Of a DNA stretch of 64,000 nucleotides, positions 57,942 through 64,000 are shown one piece after another. Each line of letters opens with the position of its first letter. The first letter of the stretch is position 1. The stretch is from Candidatus Omnitrophota bacterium (GTDB taxonomy: Bacteria; Omnitrophota; Gorgyraeia; Zapsychrales; JAHFFX01): positions 38,251 through 102,250 of the forward strand of contig JAHFFY010000002.1 of the NCBI GenBank assembly GCA_023247705.1, given 5' to 3'. Position numbers and translations under genes: made by a program. The notes under the pieces were generated by a model. That model had not been told where the DNA came from and made no database searches. It saw nothing but the letters and a program-made list of their open reading frames with translations.

Positions 57942-59627
57942 TTAAATGGTTAACGGCGGCCGGCCCGAAAGAGGCTTGACGTTAAATTTGTCGAAGATCG
58001 CCTGGATTTCTTCGTATTCGAGTTCTTCTTTCTTGAACAATTCCTGGGAGAAATGTTCGAAAAGCTCTTTATGCGCCGTCAGGACCTCGGTCACTTCCTT
58101 AAGACAGGTCTGCAAAATGTCCTGAACGTCTTCATCGAGGGTTTCCCGGGTTTTGCTGGAGACCATAAATCCTTGTTTCTCGTAACCGCGCCAGCGGTAA
58201 TCCCCGAGCAGTCCGGATTTGCCCATCCCGTAGCTCCAGACCATGTCCTGAGCAATGCTCAAAGCCGTATTGAAATCGCTCCCCGGTCCGCCCCCGACGC
58301 CACTGCTGGTGGAACCGAAGCGGATCCGCTCTGCGGCGTAGCTGGCCAGACAAATCTTGATGCGGGCCAGATAATATTCTTTGTTATACGAATAGGATTC
58401 TTCCGTCGGGCGGTGTGAAACAAATCCCAAGGCGCCCTTGCGCGGGATAATCGTTGCTTTCACCACATCGTCTTTGGGATGGATCATATACGCCAGAATG
58501 GCGTGACCGGCTTCGTGATAAGCGGTCCAGAGTTTGTCTTCCTGGGTCATGATGATATTCGATTTGTCGCCGAAGGTCACGCGGTCGTAGGCCTCGGAAA
58601 GATCTTTCATATTGATGACGGTGCGTTTGTCGCGCAGCGCGATGAGCCCGGCTTCGCGTACCATGGCATCCACGTCAGAGGGGGTAAACCAGAGCGCTCG
58701 GCGGGCAAGGATGGAGGAATTAACGGTCGGATCCGCCTGAACCCTTTTCAAATAAAAATCAAACAGGTCTTTGCGTTCTTTCAGATTCGGCCGGGTCACG
58801 TAGATCTTGCGGTCAAACCGTCCGGCGCGCATGATGGCGGAATCGAGTTCCCATTCCGAGGCGTTGGTGGCGGCGATGACGACGATATTGCTTTCGTGCT
58901 GTCTTAGACCATCGAGTTCGGTCAAAAATTGGTTGATCGTCGCGTTGTGGCTGACCGATCCTCCCCAGCCGCTGTCGGCCATGCGGGGACGCGCGAAGGA
59001 ATCGATCTCATCGATAAAGATGATGCAGCCACCCTCGATCTTGGCCAAGGCCCGGGCCTGTTTAAAAAGGGTTTTCATCTGGGCGGCGCCCTGCCCGACG
59101 AAGATTCCGACAAAATCACTCCCGACCGCCGATAACAACGGCAGGTCGCATTCGGTGGCGATCGCTTTGGCTAAATAAGTCTTTCCGCAGCCCGGTGGCC
59201 CGATCATTAACGTCCCTTTGATGATTTTGCCACCGATGATCTTAAGGAGGTGACGGTCCTTGAGGAGCTTGACGATTTCCCAGGCCTCTTTTTTGGCGCT
59301 GTCCATGCCAATGACCTCGTCCCATTTCACATTGACCTTGGCCTTGGATAATTTTTCCCGTCCGATCCGTCCCAATCCGCCGCCCTGCATGAAATAATAA
59401 TGCATCCCGAAATACAAAGGCAATTGCACAAAGGCCGTAAAAATTCCGATGACCAAAAAGAACCCCATGTAGGCGGAGATCTGTTTGCGACTGAAGGATT
59501 CCAGGGAAAAGAAATTGGTTGCCGCGGACTGCAAAAAGAAGATGATCGCGATGAATACACCGGCAAAGACGGTAATAATCAGAATCTTCAGCCAGTTCAA
59601 ATGAAGGTAGATGAGAAATCTTTTCAT
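57942..59627 (-). CDS. FtsH-family AAA+ zinc metalloprotease paralogue with a minimal periplasmic loop.
   Basis: Walker A 'GPPGCGKT'. Walker B 'IIFIDEIDS'. SRH 'ATNASEWELDSAIMRAGRFDRKI'. HEAGH zinc site 'AYHEAGHAIL'. Two N-terminal TM helices are separated by only ~20 aa. Confidence 0.8.
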   Translation of the reverse strand: MKRFLIYLHLNWLKILIITVFAGVFIAIIFFLQSAATNFFSLESFSRKQISAYMGFFLVIGIFTAFVQLPLYFGMHYYFMQGGGLGRIGREKLSKAKVNVKWDEVIGMDSAKKEAWEIVKLLKDRHLLKIIGGKIIKGTLMIGPPGCGKTYLAKAIATECDLPLLSAVGSDFVGIFVGQGAAQMKTLFKQARALAKIEGGCIIFIDEIDSFARPRMADSGWGGSVSHNATINQFLTELDGLRQHESNIVVIAATNASEWELDSAIMRAGRFDRKIYVTRPNLKERKDLFDFYLKRVQADPTVNSSILARRALWFTPSDVDAMVREAGLIALRDKRTVINMKDLSEAYDRVTFGDKSNIIMTQEDKLWTAYHEAGHAILAYMIHPKDDVVKATIIPRKGALGFVSHRPTEESYSYNKEYYLARIKICLASYAAERIRFGSTSSGVGGGPGSDFNTALSIAQDMVWSYGMGKSGLLGDYRWRGYEKQGFMVSSKTRETLDEDVQDILQTCLKEVTEVLTAHKELFEHFSQELFKKEELEYEEIQAIFDKFNVKPLSGRPPLTI

Positions 59628-60069
59628 GTGTTTTTTTCCGTTAAAAGGTTGTGTTTAATGTGATGTTCGGGCGTCAATGTCCCTGATTTCCAAATTTCCC
59701 CGGGATTGATCCCGGATGATAGACCAATGGTTGTAAGAATTTATCATAGACGAGGGAGAGGAAAATTGGATTTACTAGGCTATCACAGGATCAGGGAGAA
59801 GTAAACGAGAAATTTTGATTCGTTGGCCGGGCAGGGACATCAGCGCGACGGCTGAAGGCATCCTCTCGATGGCGACGCCGAACGCTTGGTCGGCGGTGTT
59901 ATCGCATAACCCCGCCGCTTTTCATCCCCAGAAGTGTTGGGTGAAAAATAGATGTTTTTGGCTTACGTGACGTTTGATTATTTCGATTTTATCCTTTAGA
60001 ATAAACAATCGATCTTCAAGCATCAACAGTCAACCATAGGAGGAGTAACTGCAGAGAGGAGCATTTGAC

Positions 60070-60351
60070 GTGGTCAAGGTTAACGAATATTTTGATGGGA
60101 AAGTAAAATCGTTGGTGGTCAACTCCAATGAAGGCAAAAAAACCGTCGGGGTGATGGAGCCGGGCGAGTATGAATTTGATACCGACACCCGGGAGACGAT
60201 GTCGGTCCTCGCGGGCGCGATGTCGGTGTATCTGGCTGAATACGATGAATGGGAAGAGTTCGGGCCGGGTTCTTCCTTCGACGTTCCCGCGAAGTCAAAA
60301 TTTAAAATTAAGATCGCGATGGATACCGCGTATCTTTGTGAATACAAGTAG
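60070..60351 (+). CDS. ppnP: Pyrimidine/purine nucleoside phosphorylase PpnP (DUF1255, cupin).
   Basis: GTG start. 'NEYFDGKVKS...GVMEPGEYEF...YLCEY' closely resembles E. coli YaiE/PpnP. Confidence 0.8.
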   Translation: MVKVNEYFDGKVKSLVVNSNEGKKTVGVMEPGEYEFDTDTRETMSVLAGAMSVYLAEYDEWEEFGPGSSFDVPAKSKFKIKIAMDTAYLCEYK

Positions 60352-60415
60352 GAGCCGACCTCCTCAACATTGGGTGTTGAGGAGGTTGTATTTTTGTATA
60401 TGGAGCATTTGATTT

Positions 60416-61069
60416 ATGGAAAAAAGACGAAAATACGAAACTTCAGGATTGATTGAAGATCAGTATGAGTCTGGCTCTGAAGGACGTGTTTTAAGAAATC
60501 TCTTGAAGATCAAAAGCAAGCGGGAAATGGATCGTAGAGAAGCGCAGGAGCAGTTGAGAACGTTTGAGGATGTTTCTCGACTATTTGCTGAGAATCATCG
60601 CTTTACAGCGGAAGATATTTGTCAGATTCACAAAATTTGGTTAGGTTCGATCTATCCATGGGCGGGAAAATATCGAGAGGTTAATATCAGTAAAGGCGGA
60701 TTTTCTTTTACGGCCGCCCAACAAGTGCCTGTTTTAATAGAAGATTTTGAGAAAAATGTTCTTCAGAAATTCACCCCATGCCGCTTTCAATCCGTTGAGG
60801 AAATCATTGCTGCTTTAGCGATTGTCCATACTGCATTGATTTTGATTCATCCATTTAGAGAAGGAAATGGAAGGCTGGCACGCATATTGTCGATTTTGAT
60901 GTGTTGGCAGGCGCAATTACCAACTTTGGATTTTGGTGGTATTGTTGGTCGCAGGAAAAAAGAATATTTTGCTGCGGTTCAAGCAGGAATGGCGAAAAAT
61001 TATAAACCGATGGAAGAAATTTTTAAAGCCGTTCTGAGAAGAACGTTAAAAGGCGCAACGAAAAGATAA
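60416..61069 (+). CDS. fic: Fic-family protein (AMPylase type).
   Basis: Core motif 'HPFREGNGRLARIL'. Confidence 0.8.
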   Translation: MEKRRKYETSGLIEDQYESGSEGRVLRNLLKIKSKREMDRREAQEQLRTFEDVSRLFAENHRFTAEDICQIHKIWLGSIYPWAGKYREVNISKGGFSFTAAQQVPVLIEDFEKNVLQKFTPCRFQSVEEIIAALAIVHTALILIHPFREGNGRLARILSILMCWQAQLPTLDFGGIVGRRKKEYFAAVQAGMAKNYKPMEEIFKAVLRRTLKGATKR

Positions 61070-61274
61070 TTTTATTTGCGCTTGAGGGATTTGGACGATT
61101 TTTTGATCTCTGTTCGGGAAAGAGTAACGCCCTCAATAGAAGTAGAGGAAAGAACACCCGTTACAAACTGGAGATTCCGTTCTTTAGGATCACGTAGATG
61201 AGGATTGGATTTGATTAAAGGCTTATCGGATTTATGAATCATGATTAAGTATACCATGAATCTGTTAGAGAAAA

Positions 61275-62375
61275 TTGAAAGTTTTGATTTTTTTCCCTCT
61301 CATCCACCGACATAATTTACCCATGCCTAAAAGAATAATATCATCGGTAACGACCTTCACAATTTCAACCCTTGCCTACACCCGATTCCTCACCGACCTT
61401 CGCCGCGATATGGCGCAGAGTGTCAAGACCGTCGAAGAACTTCTAGAACGCCAGAAGGTCTTGTCGTATTGGTCGATCGGACGCAAGATCAATCATTACC
61501 TCACCGCCAACGAACAGCCGCGCGGGGCGATTGGGATTTTTTATGCGAGGCTTTCGCGGGATTTGCAGGTGAATGGACGCACCCTGCAGCAGTGCGAGCA
61601 GTTTTTCCGTTATTTCCCCCAATGGAAATGGGATAAAGACCTCAAGTGGTCGCATTACCGGTTTTTGTTGACCGAACCCGACGCGGCCAAGCGCGAGCGG
61701 TGGATCGCACGGATCAAAAAAGACCGGATCCCCACCGATGAGTTACACTTGGCCCTTTTGCCTGCGATGGCCAAGAAGGATGAGGCGTCGGTGAATCTCA
61801 AAGAACCCGTTCGCGGACGGCTGTATACCTACCGCCTTTTACGCGCGGAGGACATCGAGCATTTTGACGTGCCGTGGTTTATCGATCTCGGGTTTGCCGC
61901 CCGCAAAGAAGCGCCGGACGCAAGGGGAGAGTTGAATAACAAGAATCTTTATATCTCTGAAAAGATTGAGGAGTCTTATCGTTTAAAGATCGCCGCCGAT
62001 ACTCATGCCGATCAGCTTTTTACCTTCCGCGCCAAACTCCGCCGGGTCATTGACGGCGATACGCTTTTGGTTGTCATCGATCAAGGCTTCAGTTACTGGA
62101 ACGAACAACGCCTGCGCTTAAACGCGATCGACGCCCCCGAACTCGACACCTTGCCCGGCGAACGTGCGCGCAAATGGCTCCAGGATGAACTGAAAGGTTC
62201 ACCGGACATTGTGGTGAAGACCTACAAAAGCGATCAGTGGGATCGCTATCTGGTGGATGTCTTTTATATAGAGAAGGAAACCGATATGCACCGCGTCGCC
62301 GCCAAAGGCGTGTGGCTCAACGGCCGGATGGTAGAAGAAGGGCTCGCGCGGTTGTGGAAGCGTCCGCACCAATAA
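61275..62375 (+). CDS. Putative nuclease: DUF1016/YhcG-type N-terminal domain fused to a staphylococcal-nuclease (SNase)-like C-terminal domain.
   Basis: N-terminal 'VLSYWSIGRKI...GIFYARLSRDL...CEQFFRYFP' is DUF1016_N-like. C-terminal 'VIDGDTLLV...RLNAIDAPE...DQWDRYLVDVF...LNGRMVEEGLA' carries SNase signatures. The true start may be the internal ATG at 61323 or 61410. Confidence 0.5.
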   Translation: MKVLIFFPLIHRHNLPMPKRIISSVTTFTISTLAYTRFLTDLRRDMAQSVKTVEELLERQKVLSYWSIGRKINHYLTANEQPRGAIGIFYARLSRDLQVNGRTLQQCEQFFRYFPQWKWDKDLKWSHYRFLLTEPDAAKRERWIARIKKDRIPTDELHLALLPAMAKKDEASVNLKEPVRGRLYTYRLLRAEDIEHFDVPWFIDLGFAARKEAPDARGELNNKNLYISEKIEESYRLKIAADTHADQLFTFRAKLRRVIDGDTLLVVIDQGFSYWNEQRLRLNAIDAPELDTLPGERARKWLQDELKGSPDIVVKTYKSDQWDRYLVDVFYIEKETDMHRVAAKGVWLNGRMVEEGLARLWKRPHQ

Positions 62376-63011
62376 ATTTTTCACAAAATCATCTTTTCAG
62401 GTTATAGTCATTTCGCATCGTAGGGGCAAATATGAGTAGAGGGGAATGGCCTCCTGCCGTTTCTATTTCAAGGTAAAAAATAATTTTTATATCTTTCAGA
62501 AAGATGGTAAGGAAATCAACTATTAGAAACAAAATTGACAAAAATGGCCTTTTTAAGGGTTTGGTTTGTGTTAATGTTGTTAAGTGGAGTGATTTATACT
62601 AATATAATGGTTTATGTGTCTAATATGTGGAGTGAAAATTGTAATATAATAGATTATTGTGATTTAATTTCCCATTTAATGTCGTTATTTTGAAACTGTT
62701 TTTTGAGCCATTTTTCCTAAAAATACACTTTTTGGCTAAAAATGGATCTGATCGGCGCTCTAAACGCATACGGCTTTGATAGTGTTATTTGATATCCAGG
62801 CGTTTTTATGATCCAAATTTTCATCCGGGATTCTTCCTTAATATATATCAAACCAATCAAATCTTTCAGCTTGCCCTTGGCCCGCGAACACTTTATAAAG
62901 ACTGCGAGATTTGATGTCCCATGAAATCTCATTGACTTTAAAATTAAACTATGTTAACTTGTCCTCTATCTTTTTAATCCGAAGCTAACTCATTTAATAT
63001 TAAAATTATAA

Positions 63012-64000
<989 letters not shown>

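Noticed and set aside
60030-60347. 105-aa minus-strand ORF.
   Set aside because: Fully antisense to the well-conserved ppnP gene. Serine/threonine-rich low-complexity translation.
61072-61257. 61-aa minus-strand ORF downstream of fic as a possible Fic antitoxin.
   Set aside because: Wrong orientation for a coupled antitoxin, no RBS, and no inhibitory (S/T)xxxE(G/N) helix.

Overview
This 64-kb window is a mostly housekeeping, gene-dense stretch of chromosome with moderate GC. LptE, BamD-like and LpxL homologues indicate a Gram-negative (diderm) bacterium. The gene content suggests a poorly characterised lineage with many TPR and FG-GAP proteins.

Confidently recognised genes:
- Translation and RNA: mnmG, leuS, prfB (with its programmed +1 frameshift), rpsT, tRNA-Phe(GAA) and tRNA-Thr(CGU).
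- Metabolism: cysK, the thiamine operon thiS-thiG-thiH-thiF (minus strand), a speH-like AdoMet decarboxylase, purN, ppnP, and a partial eno at the 3' edge.
- Envelope and secretion: murJ, secA, lnt, lpxL, LptE-like and BamD-like lipoproteins.
- DNA uptake and repair: comEA, a ComEC that lacks the C-terminal beta-lactamase domain, pilT, holA, and a uvrC that lacks the helix-hairpin-helix tail.
- Regulation: a LacI-family regulator and two tandem paralogous response-regulator receiver genes, one membrane-anchored.
- Other: an FtsH-like protease and an MFS transporter.

Accessory or unusual content:
- A large cluster running from a 1123-aa FG-GAP/ASPIC-UnbV surface protein through a CBM-like secreted protein, an ECF sigma factor and a zinc anti-sigma factor to a translationally coupled CHAT-protease/TPR membrane protein.
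- An IS200-type tnpA element lying exactly between uvrC and a small MGMT/ogt gene.
- Several AT-rich islets: an orphan 217-aa ORF with a possible HEPN-like R-x5-H motif, and a decayed P-loop NTPase fragment in front of prfB.
- A vapB antitoxin paired with a C-terminally truncated vapC.
- A Fic AMPylase followed by an unusual nuclease that fuses a DUF1016/YhcG-type N-terminal domain to a staphylococcal-nuclease (SNase)-like domain.
- A repeat-laden 650-bp non-coding block upstream of eno.
- Both tRNAs share an A18/G55 pair in place of the near-universal G18/U55.

No CRISPR array and no rRNA were found.
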